NCBI GenBank assembly: GCA_947085195.1
Contig: CAMTVM010000005.1
Coordinates: 39,190-103,189 of the forward strand
From: an uncultured Chloroflexota bacterium
Lineage (GTDB): Bacteria; Chloroflexota; Limnocylindria; Limnocylindrales; CSP1-4
Direction: 5' to 3'
Length of the DNA: 64,000 nucleotides
In this document: positions 27,337-35,541 of the stretch, piece by piece
How the letters are laid out: each line of letters starts with the position of its first letter
Numbering within the stretch: position 1 is the stretch's first letter
The notes under the pieces: model-generated
Seen by the model: only the letters and a program-made list of their open reading frames with translations
What the model was told of the DNA's origin: nothing
Databases searched by the model: none
Position numbers and translations under genes: made by a program

Positions 27337-28317
27337 CTAGCCCTCGACGGGTGTCAGCCAATCCCCGTATTCGGCCAGGTTTCCGCGCACGGCGGCGAAG
27401 TAACGCTCGCTGATCGCGCGCGACACGGTGCCGACGGCGCCGGTCCCGACTGCCCGGTGGTCCACCTCGATGACCGGGCTCACCTGGACGCCGGTCCCGC
27501 ACAGGAAGACCTCGTCGCAGATGTAGAGCTCGGAGCGGTCCACGGAGCGGACCTCGACCGGGATCCCCATGTCTCGGGCGAGCGTGATGATCGCGCGGCG
27601 CGTCACGCCCTCCAGGATGTCGTCGGACACCGGCGGGGTGATCAACACCCCGTCACGGACCATGAACAGGTTGGCTGCCGACGCCTCGGACGCGTGACCG
27701 GACGGCGTCAGCACCAGCGCCTCGTCGAAGCCGTTGAGCTCCGCCTCGGACTTCTGGAACGCCATGTTCACGTACCCGCCGACGATCTTGCCGCGGGCGG
27801 GCAGCGCCTCGTCCGCGTTCCGGCGCCAGGTCGAGGTCATGAGCCGGACGCCCTTCTCGATGTCGATGTAGTTCCCGAACGGCGTCGTGATCACGTACAG
27901 CTCGTGCTCGAGATGATGCAGCCGGACGCCGATCGCCCTGGTGCTCTTGTAGAACGACGGGCGGACGTAGACGTCCTCCCGGAAGCCGTTGCGCCGGACC
28001 GTCTCCAGGATGATCCCCACCAGCTCGTCCGTGGACGGCAGGTTCTCCATCAGCAGCATCTTCGCGCTGTCGCGGATGCGCTCGGCGTGCTCGCGGACGA
28101 AGAGGGCGTACAGCGTCCCCCGCTCCGCGTTCCAGTAGCCACGGATGCCCTCGAAGGTCGCCGTCCCGTACATGAACGCGTGGGTCATGATGCTGACCTT
28201 CGCGTCCCGGAGCGGGACGTAGTTGCCCTCGAAGTAGGCGATCAGGTCCTCGATCGCCCGGGGCTGGGCGGGCGCCGTCTCGGGCGCCTTGGAGGCGGAC
28301 GGCGGCGGCGTCAGCAT
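27337..28317 (-). CDS. ilvE: Branched-chain amino acid aminotransferase
   Basis: 326 aa with class IV aminotransferase motifs (YGTATFEGIRGY..., EASAANLFMV, GVTR). Confidence 0.9.
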   Translation of the reverse strand: MLTPPPSASKAPETAPAQPRAIEDLIAYFEGNYVPLRDAKVSIMTHAFMYGTATFEGIRGYWNAERGTLYALFVREHAERIRDSAKMLLMENLPSTDELVGIILETVRRNGFREDVYVRPSFYKSTRAIGVRLHHLEHELYVITTPFGNYIDIEKGVRLMTSTWRRNADEALPARGKIVGGYVNMAFQKSEAELNGFDEALVLTPSGHASEASAANLFMVRDGVLITPPVSDDILEGVTRRAIITLARDMGIPVEVRSVDRSELYICDEVFLCGTGVQVSPVIEVDHRAVGTGAVGTVSRAISERYFAAVRGNLAEYGDWLTPVEG

Positions 28318-28452
28318 CGGGTCGGCTCCTGCTCGAGTGCGGCGGGAATGCCGCCGGGGTGCCTCGGTTTGGGGCCCGAGTCTAGCACGCAGCCACGCCG
28401 ACCTCGCCGGCCGAAGGCCTCGCGAAGAGGGCTGGCACGGGCCTGCCGGCGC

Positions 28453-28863
28453 TCAGCCTTCCAGACCCTGGGCGGCGAGGATCGCGGCGAGGACCACGAG
28501 CAGCACGGCGAGCGAGATGGCCGCCAGACGCCGCTCCCCAACCCGCAGGAACCCGACGCCGGCGACGATCACGCGACCGATCGGGATCCCCATGACCACC
28601 ACCAGGCCCGCCCAGAGGAACCCCTCCGGGCGGAGCGCGAGCAGATCCCCGGGGATGCGGCCGAGGTCGAAGGCCGGGGGCGTGCCGTGATCGAGGGGGT
28701 CGACGGCCGTGAGCAGCATCCCTGCCACACCGAGCAGCACGAACCCGATCGCGACGTAGGTCCCCACGGTCATGAGCCGGGCGATGATGATCTCGAGGCC
28801 GGGGGCCGCGCCCGCGCCTGGCCGTCGATCCACGTCCGGCCGTCGGTCCATGGTGTCGCTCAC
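28453..28863 (-). CDS. DUF1634-like small membrane protein
   Basis: 136 aa with 3-4 TM segments, overlapping the stop of the upstream TauE/SafE gene (a known pairing). Confidence 0.65.
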   Translation of the reverse strand: MSDTMDRRPDVDRRPGAGAAPGLEIIIARLMTVGTYVAIGFVLLGVAGMLLTAVDPLDHGTPPAFDLGRIPGDLLALRPEGFLWAGLVVVMGIPIGRVIVAGVGFLRVGERRLAAISLAVLLVVLAAILAAQGLEG

Positions 28864-29759
28864 AGCGCCAGCGCCTTGCGGGCCATCTGGAAGGCCGTAT
28901 AGACGAGCACCGCGACGAACAGCCGGCGGAGGAGCCGCACGTCCACGCGATGTGCGATGCGGGACCCGGCGGAGGCTCCGAGGAACACGCCGAGCGCGGT
29001 CGGCCCCGCGACGTACGGGTCGATCTCCCCGCGCAACAGGTAGATCACCGCGGACGACGTGGCCGTGATCCCGATCATCATGTTGCTGGTGGCGGTCGCC
29101 ACCCTGAGCGGCACGCTCATGAGCAGGTTCATGACTGGCACCTTGACGATGCCGCCGCCGACGCCCAGCAGCGCCGAGATGAGCCCCGCCAACACGGACC
29201 CAACCATGCCGAGCGGGAGGCGGTCGACCTGGTAACCAGGACCGGACAGGGACGCCGCGAAGGTCCCCGGCCGCGCGGCAGCCTCGGCCGCCGGAGCCGC
29301 CGTCTCGTCACGGTCCCCCGCGGCCGACGCCTGGGCGACCTCGCGCGGATCCGTGGGCACTGCCGGAGCGCCGGGCTCCGGCTTGGCGGCCCGCGAGGGG
29401 TCCTTCTGGCGGGTCATCGAGACGGCCACCCAGGTGAGCAGCACAGCGAACAGGCCGGCGAGCACGCGCTCGGCCAGGAGGAAGGCCACGAGGCCGCCGA
29501 CGAGCGCACCGGCGGCGGTGAACAGCTCGAGCACCATGCCCAGGCGCAGGTTGGCAATGTGCCGCTGCAGATATACGCCTGCAGACGCGCTCGAGGTAAC
29601 GATCACCGAGACCAGCGAGACGGCCACTGCCTCGCGCAACGGCCGCCCGAACCCAAGGGTCAGCAGCGGCACGATGAGCACGCCGCCGCCGAGCCCGAGG
29701 AGCGATCCGAACAGGCCCGCCGCGGCGCCGCCCACGAGCAGGACGAGGCCGGCGATCAC
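28860..29759 (-). CDS. TauE/SafE (DUF81) family anion exporter
   Basis: 299 aa. Two halves of GLGGG-containing TM repeats (LLGLGGGVLIVPLL / LLGVGGGIVKVPVM), separated by a roughly 70-aa hydrophilic linker. Confidence 0.8.
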   Translation of the reverse strand: MIAGLVLLVGGAAAGLFGSLLGLGGGVLIVPLLTLGFGRPLREAVAVSLVSVIVTSSASAGVYLQRHIANLRLGMVLELFTAAGALVGGLVAFLLAERVLAGLFAVLLTWVAVSMTRQKDPSRAAKPEPGAPAVPTDPREVAQASAAGDRDETAAPAAEAAARPGTFAASLSGPGYQVDRLPLGMVGSVLAGLISALLGVGGGIVKVPVMNLLMSVPLRVATATSNMMIGITATSSAVIYLLRGEIDPYVAGPTALGVFLGASAGSRIAHRVDVRLLRRLFVAVLVYTAFQMARKALAL

Positions 29760-29819
29760 CGGAACCGCGCGGGCCGCACAGTTGCCCGCCGGTCGCCGGC
29801 GAGGCGGCGTTTCATCGCG

Positions 29820-30083
29820 TCAGGGGCGGAGGTGCTGCGGGGCGTACGGGAGCAGCGCCACGTGTCGGGCGCGCTTGAGCGCGACCGACAGCTCGCGCTG
29901 GTGCGCGGCGCAGGTCCCGGTCTTCCGGCGCGGCTCGATCTTGGCACGCTCGGACAAGTACCGGCGGAGGCGGTTTACCTCCTTGTAGTCGATGACGACC
30001 GTCTTGTCGGCACAGAAGGAGCAGACCTTCCGGCGTCGCCGATCGCGGTAGAAGTCGTCGCGCTTCTTGGTCCTGGGGGGCAT
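29820..30083 (-). CDS. rpsR: 30S ribosomal protein S18
   Basis: [53 protein letters not shown]. Confidence 0.95.
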   Translation of the reverse strand: MPPRTKKRDDFYRDRRRRKVCSFCADKTVVIDYKEVNRLRRYLSERAKIEPRRKTGTCAAHQRELSVALKRARHVALLPYAPQHLRP

Positions 30084-30148
30084 GGCTCAGGTCTCCTGGA
30101 TGATGGCGGGGCGAGCCCGCCGGAGCGGCGCATGGCCGCGGGAAGGTC

Positions 30149-30640
30149 TCAGAACGGGAGGTCGTCGAGGTCGTCGTCGCCTGGGGCGGATGGACGCGTG
30201 GGCCGCACGGCCCCGCCACCTCCTCCGGGCCCGCCGGAACCGCCGGGACCGCTGGCAACGCCGCCGGATGGAGCGGCGAACGACCCGCCGCCCTCCTCAT
30301 CACGGACGCGGGCGTCGAGGCTGATGACGTTGTCCGCCGTGATCTCCAGGGAAATGCGCTTCTGGCCGTCGCGGGCCTCGTATTCGCGGGTCCGGAACCG
30401 GCCTTCCACGAAGACCTTGTTGCCCTTGCGGAACTGCTCGGCGGTTCGCTCGGCGCGCTCGCCCCAGACGGTGACGCGATACCAGTCGGTCCCGTCGTCG
30501 GCCCACGCGCCACTCTGCGCGTCACGGCTTCGGTGGCTGACGGCGACACTGAACTCGGTCACGGGGCGCCCACTGGGCGTGTACCGCATCTCGGGATCAC
30601 GCCCGAGGTTGCCGATGATCATGGCCTTCGAGAACGCCAT
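30149..30640 (-). CDS. ssb: Single-stranded DNA-binding protein
   Basis: OB fold (MIIGNLGRDPEMRYTPSG...WYRVTVWG), a Gly-rich linker and an acidic tip DDDLDDLPF. Confidence 0.95.
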   Translation of the reverse strand: MAFSKAMIIGNLGRDPEMRYTPSGRPVTEFSVAVSHRSRDAQSGAWADDGTDWYRVTVWGERAERTAEQFRKGNKVFVEGRFRTREYEARDGQKRISLEITADNVISLDARVRDEEGGGSFAAPSGGVASGPGGSGGPGGGGGAVRPTRPSAPGDDDLDDLPF

Positions 30641-30655
30641 CTCCGGCTCCTCTCG

Positions 30656-31099
30656 TCAGTCGATGGCCGCGGGAGCGGCTTCGCTCTCGGACTCGTCGAT
30701 GCGCTCGCCGACGATGTCGTCATCCTCGTCCTCATCGGTCGGGATGGCCGGGATCTCCGCGTCGGCATCCTCGGCGTCGCCGGCGGCCGCGGCGTCGCGG
30801 CGCGCCTTCACGGGCTTGATCGCCCGGGTGACGAGCGAGCGGAGCACATCCTCCGTGATCTGGAGGCTGCGCTCCAGCTCCGCGATCGCCTCCGCCGGGG
30901 CCTCGAACACCACGATGTGATACGAGCCGTCCCGGTAGCGGTCGATGGGATACGCGAGTCGGCGGCGTCCCCAGGGCGCGACCTTGACGATCTGCCCGCC
31001 CGAGGCGACGACGTGGCGGGTGGCGCGATCGATCACCGCGGCGGCCCGCTCATCCGGCGCATCCGGCCGGAGGACGAGCATGAGTTCATAGCGGCGCAC
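30656..31099 (-). CDS. rpsF: 30S ribosomal protein S6 (acidic C-terminal tail)
   Basis: VRRYELMLVLRPD...WGRRRLAYPI. GTG 31099 is preceded by GGAAGGAG. The alternative ATG 31144 would add 15 aa. Confidence 0.88.
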   Translation of the reverse strand: MRRYELMLVLRPDAPDERAAAVIDRATRHVVASGGQIVKVAPWGRRRLAYPIDRYRDGSYHIVVFEAPAEAIAELERSLQITEDVLRSLVTRAIKPVKARRDAAAAGDAEDADAEIPAIPTDEDEDDDIVGERIDESESEAAPAAID

Positions 31100-31182
31100 G
31101 GCCTGCTCTACTCCTTCCAATGGGATCTGCCCCGCTGACGGCATGCCGATGCGGAGCCGAAAGGACCGCCGCAGGATAGCAC

Positions 31183-31245
31183 GAGTCCCGAGTCCCGAGT
31201 CCCGAGTCCCGAGTCCCGAGTCCCGAGTCCCGGGGCCCGAGCCCC
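31183..31245. repeat. Heptanucleotide tandem array: 7 perfect GAGTCCC units (31183-31231) plus 2 degenerate units (GGGGCCC, GAGCCCC)
   Basis: Read directly. Lies in the divergent intergenic region between rpsF and the TadZ/CpaE-like gene. Confidence 0.97.
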
Positions 31246-31291
31246 GGAGCACCCGTGTCGGAGGATCCCGTATCGTCCGTGTATTCTCTGG

Positions 31292-31338
31292 GCCGACGGC
31301 AGGACTCAAGCTCTGCGCCGACGGCAAGACTCAAGCTC
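31292..31338. repeat. 22-bp direct repeat GCCGACGGCA[G/A]GACTCAAGCTC x2 (period 25 bp, 21/22 identical)
   Basis: Read directly: 31292-31313 and 31317-31338. It ends 9 nt upstream of the proposed GTG start at 31348. Confidence 0.95.
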
Positions 31339-31347
31339 GGGGGACCC

Positions 31348-32565
31348 GTGCAGCTCTCGATCCTTGTCCTCGCGACCGACCGCCTTGCGGCCGACGCGCT
31401 GGCAGGCGCCCTCGCCACGCCCGGCCACGGCGTCACCATCGTGTCGCGGCCCGAGGAGATCCTTGCAGCCGCCCATCGCTACAGCCTGATCGTCGTCGAC
31501 CAGGTCCCGGCGGACTCGAGCGTCGCGGCCGTCGTCGCCGCGCTGCGCGCGGATCCGGCATCCGCGGGTGTGCCTGTGCTCGCCGTTGCGCAGTCGGACG
31601 ACATCGAGGACCGGATCGCCCTGATCGAGGCGAACGCCGACGACGTCATCACCAGGCCGTTCGACAACGCCGAGCTGACCAGCCGTGTTGAGGCACTCGC
31701 GCTGCACTTCCAGCGGACCAGCGACCGTCGGTCGGGTGGACCCTCCATCGGGGGGCCTGGCAGCCGCCGCGTCATTGCCGTGTTCAGCCCGAAGGGCGGC
31801 GTCGGCACCACGACGATCGCGACCAACCTCGCGTTGATCGCGGCGGAACGGCACCCGGGCAAGACCCTGATCATCGATCTCGACCTCTCGTTCGGGCAGG
31901 TGGCGTCGCACCTCAACCTGCAGCCCAGGCAGTCGCTGCTGGAACTGGTCCGCGACGACGCCGCGCTCCAGGAGCCCGATCTGTTCCGGACGTATGCGGT
32001 CCATCACCCGAGCGGTGTGCACGTGCTCGCTGCGCCGCCCACGCCCGGGTTTGCGTCGCTGATCACTGGCGAGCATGTGGAGCTGGTGCTCACCAGGGCC
32101 CTCGAAGCGTATGACGTGGTGGTGGTGGACGCCGGCGCCGCGCTTGACGACCGGATGCTGGCGATCTTCAGCCGATCGGACACCGTGATCGTGCCGGTGG
32201 TGCCCGAGATCCCCGCCCTCAACGCCGTCCACCTGCTTCTCGAGCAGCTCACCGAGACCGGGGCCGTCGGCGGGAGCACGCTGTTCGTCCTCAACAACGC
32301 CTTCGCCCGCGAGCTGCTGAAGCGCTCGGACGTGGAGGGCGCTTTGGGGGCGAAGATCGCGGCGGAGCTCCCCTACGACCCATTGGTCTATCTCAAGGCC
32401 GCCAACGAGGGGAACCCGGTGGTCCGCGGCGCCCCGAAGTCCCTGCCGGCGGCGAGCCTGCGCGTTCTCGCGGACCTCGTGTTCGGCCAGGACGGGACCA
32501 CAGGCGCGGGCAGTGGAGCCGCCGCTCCCACGGAGAAGCGCGGCCTCTTCGGCCGACGCCGCTGA
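31348..32565 (+). CDS. Receiver-like domain fused to ParA/MinD-family ATPase (TadZ/CpaE-like), orphan
   Basis: The N-terminus resembles a CheY-like receiver (ILVLATD...LIVVDQ...DVITRPF). The ATPase has the atypical Walker A SPKGGVGTTTIATNLA typical of TadZ/CpaE. Start is uncertain (GTG 31348 preferred; GTG 31255 or 31279 possible). Confidence 0.75.
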   Translation: MQLSILVLATDRLAADALAGALATPGHGVTIVSRPEEILAAAHRYSLIVVDQVPADSSVAAVVAALRADPASAGVPVLAVAQSDDIEDRIALIEANADDVITRPFDNAELTSRVEALALHFQRTSDRRSGGPSIGGPGSRRVIAVFSPKGGVGTTTIATNLALIAAERHPGKTLIIDLDLSFGQVASHLNLQPRQSLLELVRDDAALQEPDLFRTYAVHHPSGVHVLAAPPTPGFASLITGEHVELVLTRALEAYDVVVVDAGAALDDRMLAIFSRSDTVIVPVVPEIPALNAVHLLLEQLTETGAVGGSTLFVLNNAFARELLKRSDVEGALGAKIAAELPYDPLVYLKAANEGNPVVRGAPKSLPAASLRVLADLVFGQDGTTGAGSGAAAPTEKRGLFGRRR

Positions 32566-32590
32566 ACCTGCGCGGAACCGGCGACGCTGC

Positions 32591-32677
32591 TGGTGCCGAG
32601 GGCGAGGTTCGAACTCGCACGGGATCGCTCCCAGCGGTGTTTAGGACCGCCGCGTCTGCCGGTTCCGCCACCTCGGC
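32591..32677 (-). tRNA. tRNA-Leu (anticodon UAA), class II with long variable arm
   Basis: Manual fold: GCCGAGG/CCTCGGC acceptor, GCGGT-CCTAAAC-ACCGC anticodon arm, TTCGAAC T-loop, encoded CCA. Position 33 reads C rather than U. Confidence 0.85.
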
Positions 32678-32811
32678 GTCGTCCGTGGCCGGACCCCCGC
32701 ATCGTACCCGTGCCGGGCAGCGCGCAGCCGTGCCGTCGCGCTCCAGCCGGGCTGCCCGGGCGATGACCTGTTGCGCCCCGGACTACGAACCAGGGCATGT
32801 CAGCCTTGGAG

Positions 32812-32888
32812 TGGAGGCGACGATCGGATTCGAACCGATGAATAAGGGTTTTGCAGACCCCCGCGTTAGGCCACTTCGCCACGTCGCC
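32812..32888 (-). tRNA. tRNA-Cys (anticodon GCA)
   Basis: GGCGACG/CGTCGCC acceptor, anticodon loop CTGCAAA, TTCGAAT T-loop, discriminator U, encoded CCA. Confidence 0.9.
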
Positions 32889-32924
32889 AGGTGAGCGCGA
32901 CACCCCAGGTGCCGGTTGTCAGGT

Positions 32925-32998
32925 TGGCTGCCCCTCGAGGATTCGAACCTCGGCTAACGGATCCAAAGTCCGCTGTCCTACCACTAGACGAAGGGGCA
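32925..32998 (-). tRNA. tRNA-Gln (anticodon UUG)
   Basis: TGCCCCT/AGGGGCA acceptor (U1-A72, G73), anticodon loop CTTTGGA, TTCGAAT T-loop, encoded CCA. Confidence 0.88.
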
Positions 32999-33033
32999 GC
33001 GGGGCCAGGTGTCGAACTCGATACGGGGAGGAA

Positions 33034-33109
33034 TGGAGCGGAAGACGGGACTCGAACCCGCGACCCTCACCTTGGCAAGGTGATGCTCTACCAACTGAGC
33101 CACTTCCGC
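33034..33109 (-). tRNA. tRNA-Gly (anticodon GCC)
   Basis: GCGGAAG/CTTCCGC acceptor, anticodon loop TTGCCAA, TTCGAGT T-loop, encoded CCA. Confidence 0.92.
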
Positions 33110-33129
33110 TCGATGACCGACAAGAGAGT

Positions 33130-33205
33130 TGGTGCCGAGAGCCAGATTCGAACTGGCGACACCGCGATTTTCAGTCGCGTGCTCTACCAACTGAGCTATC
33201 TCGGC
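33130..33205 (-). tRNA. tRNA-Phe (anticodon GAA)
   Basis: GCCGAGA/TCTCGGC acceptor, anticodon loop CTGAAAA, TTCGAAT T-loop, encoded CCA. Confidence 0.92.
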
Positions 33206-33244
33206 CTGGTCCCGGGTCCCCATCGGGGCCCGTCGGCGCGCCGC

Positions 33245-33274
33245 AGAATACCACGGGGTCCAAAGAGGCGGCAA
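33245..33274 (-). promoter_or_regulatory. Candidate promoter for the five-tRNA cluster (TTGCCG-N18-TATTCT on the minus strand)
   Basis: Read directly. The -10 ends about 40 nt upstream of the tRNA-Phe 5' end. Confidence 0.35.
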
Positions 33275-33296
33275 CCGCTTCCCGGGGTCCGTCCAC

Positions 33297-34289
33297 TCAC
33301 GACGGGCGGGGTCCGCCGGCCCGCGGCGAACCCCCCAAGATCGCGTCCACGCTGGTCGTCGGGGGCAGGCCGGACAGCTCCCGGAGTCGGTTGATCCGGT
33401 CCAGGGCCGCCGGATGCGTGGAGAACAGGGACCGGGACTTGCCGCTCGCCGCCTTGACCGGGTTCTCGAAGTAGAGGTGCTGGGTGGCCCGGTTGGCGAC
33501 CTCCAGCGGCTCGGTGTCCAGCGAGATCTTCGCCAGGGCCCGGGCGAGACCGTACGGGTTCCGGGTGAGCTCCACACCGGAGGCGTCCGCGAGGTACTCA
33601 CGCTGGCGGCTGACCGCCATCTGCACCAGCCGGGCGACGATCGGGGCCAGGATGGCGAGCACGATCGCGACCACGAAGAGGACGATCTGGAGCCCGCCGC
33701 CGCCGGAGTCCCGGTTGGAGCTCCGCCGTCCCCCACCCCAGAACGTGAAGCGCAGGAAGAAGTCGGCCAGCAGGGCGATCGAGCCGACCAGCACCCCGAC
33801 CATCAGCGAGAACCTGATGTCGTAGTTGCGGACGTGGCTGAGCTCGTGGGCCATGACGCCCTGCAGTTCCTCGCGGTCGAGCTTCTGGAGCAGCCCGGTT
33901 GTGATCGCCACCGACGCGTGCTTCGGATCGCGACCGGTCGCAAACGCATTTGGGGCGGTGTCGTTGATCAGGTAGACCCGCGGCATCGGGACGCTGGCTG
34001 CCGTGGCCATCTCGCGGACCACGTTGAGCAGCTGCGGCTGGTCTTGCGCGGTGACCTCCTTGGCCCCCGAGACGGCGAGGACCAGCGAGTCGCCCGCGTA
34101 GAACGAGACCAGCGACGCCAGCAGGCCGACGCCGACGGCGATGCCGGCCGACAGCAACCCGGCCTCCACCACGCCCGTGACGGCGATCCCGACCGCGGTG
34201 CCCAGCAGGCCCAGGATCAGGATGACGGCGAGCGCCAGCAGCACCGAGTTCCGGCGGTTCGCACCGATCTGGTCGTGGAAGGTCGCCAT
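33297..34289 (-). CDS. htpX: Zinc metalloprotease HtpX (M48 family)
   Basis: HELSHVRNYD zinc motif, NAFATG, EYLAD and 4 TM segments. Confidence 0.92.
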   Translation of the reverse strand: MATFHDQIGANRRNSVLLALAVILILGLLGTAVGIAVTGVVEAGLLSAGIAVGVGLLASLVSFYAGDSLVLAVSGAKEVTAQDQPQLLNVVREMATAASVPMPRVYLINDTAPNAFATGRDPKHASVAITTGLLQKLDREELQGVMAHELSHVRNYDIRFSLMVGVLVGSIALLADFFLRFTFWGGGRRSSNRDSGGGGLQIVLFVVAIVLAILAPIVARLVQMAVSRQREYLADASGVELTRNPYGLARALAKISLDTEPLEVANRATQHLYFENPVKAASGKSRSLFSTHPAALDRINRLRELSGLPPTTSVDAILGGSPRAGGPRPS

Positions 34290-34357
34290 GGGAGGACCTC
34301 AGGCGTGCCCGGGAACACAGAGCGCGGCCGTGGGACGGCGCGCCTCGGCTCGCGGCG

Positions 34358-34921
34358 TCAGCGAAGGCTCAGGTCGACCGCGGGGACCGCCTGGACCTCC
34401 GGTCCGGCGTCGAAGAACTCGCGCTTCAGGAAGCCCAATGGGCCGGCGATGAGGACGGCCGGGATCGTCTGGATCGCGTTGTTGTAGTCCAGCACGGTGG
34501 CGTTGTAGTGCTGGCGCGAGAAGCTGATCTGGTTCTCGGTGGTGGTGAGCTCCTCCTGGAGCTGCATCACGTTCGCGCTCGCCTTGAGGTCCGGGTAGTT
34601 CTCGACGACGGCGAACAGCGACCGGAGGGCGCCGGTGAGCATGTTCTCCGCCTGGGCCTGCTGCGCCGGGCCCTGGGCGCCGGCGGCGACCGCGCTGGCG
34701 CGGGCCTCGGTGACCCTCGTCAGGACGTCCTGCTCGAAGTCCATGTAACCCTTCACGGCCTGCACCAGGTTCGGGATCAGGTCGTGGCGGCGCTTGAGCT
34801 GGACCTCGATCTGGGCGTACGCCTCGTCGATCCGGTTCCGGCGCGTGACCAGACCGTTGTAGATGCCGACGACCACCAGGGCGACGACGACGACGATCGC
34901 GATGATCACGAGCAGTTCCAT
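34358..34921 (-). CDS. lemA: LemA family protein
   Basis: N-terminal TM, then YNGLVTRRNRIDEAYAQIEVQLKRRHDLIPNLV...ENYPDLKA. ATG 34921 is preceded by GGAGG. Upstream partner of htpX, as is common. Confidence 0.9.
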   Translation of the reverse strand: MELLVIIAIVVVVALVVVGIYNGLVTRRNRIDEAYAQIEVQLKRRHDLIPNLVQAVKGYMDFEQDVLTRVTEARASAVAAGAQGPAQQAQAENMLTGALRSLFAVVENYPDLKASANVMQLQEELTTTENQISFSRQHYNATVLDYNNAIQTIPAVLIAGPLGFLKREFFDAGPEVQAVPAVDLSLR

Positions 34922-35145
34922 TGGGCCTCCTCGAAGCTGGGTGCACGAACGCCCCTGCCGTCCAGCATAGCGCGCGCCGGCTCTGGCGGGTCGCAACTGG
35001 CCATGGGGTTGCGTTGCCCGAGCGCCGTCGCAACGTGCCGTCGCGGGTCGGCCGGCCTCCGAGCGGCCCAGTGCGCCGGTCAGATGGCTTGGCGCCGGCG
35101 ACCTCGGCTCTGCGACGGCGGCGGGTACGGTGAGGCACCCCGGGT

Positions 35146-35222
<77 letters not shown>

Positions 35223-35289
35223 GAGGACCCGTCGGGGCCCGAAACACGAGCGGACGGCCGACCGGCCGCCCGCTTGAAGGTCAGGAGAG

Positions 35290-35374
35290 TGGTGCCCAGG
35301 CCGGGACTTGAACCCGGATGAGTTGCCTCATACGCCCCTCAAACGTACGCGTATACCAATTCCGCCACCTGGGC
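35290..35374 (-). tRNA. tRNA-Leu (anticodon GAG), class II
   Basis: GCCCAGG/CCTGGGC acceptor, anticodon loop TTGAGGG, long variable arm, TTCAAGT T-loop, encoded CCA. Confidence 0.9.
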
Positions 35375-35419
35375 CTGATTCACTGCGCTGCGGCCGGGAT
35401 CCTCACGGGAAGTGGCCTG

Positions 35420-35506
35420 TGGTACCGAGGAAGGGACTTGAACCCATACGCCCTTGCGGGCACTAGCTCCTGAAGCTAGCGCGTCTGCCAATTTCGCCAC
35501 CTCGGC
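35420..35506 (-). tRNA. tRNA-Leu (anticodon CAG), class II
   Basis: GCCGAGG/CCTCGGT acceptor (G1-U72 wobble), anticodon loop TTCAGGA, long variable arm, TTCAAGT T-loop (one U-U mismatch in the T stem), encoded CCA. Confidence 0.87.
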
Positions 35507-35541
35507 GAGGAGCCGGCACGTGGGCCGAGGCGCCCGAAGGC

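Noticed and set aside
31183-31338. Whether the short repeats could be a CRISPR array, or coding repeats (DSGLGTR x3 in track ORFs 30656..31327 and 31086..31439)
   Set aside because: The units are 7 bp with no spacers, and no cas genes are present, so this is not a CRISPR array. The ORFs containing them are over-extensions of rpsF or antisense frames, and the real rpsF start with its SD lies downstream at 31099.
34922-35145. A 224-bp gap upstream of lemA with alternative hairpins (CGCAAC..GTTGCG and GTTGC..GCAAC), considered as a possible riboswitch or sRNA
   Set aside because: The region has only short stems, no recognisable riboswitch core and no terminator. It most simply contains the lemA-htpX promoter and the end of the tRNA-Val transcript.
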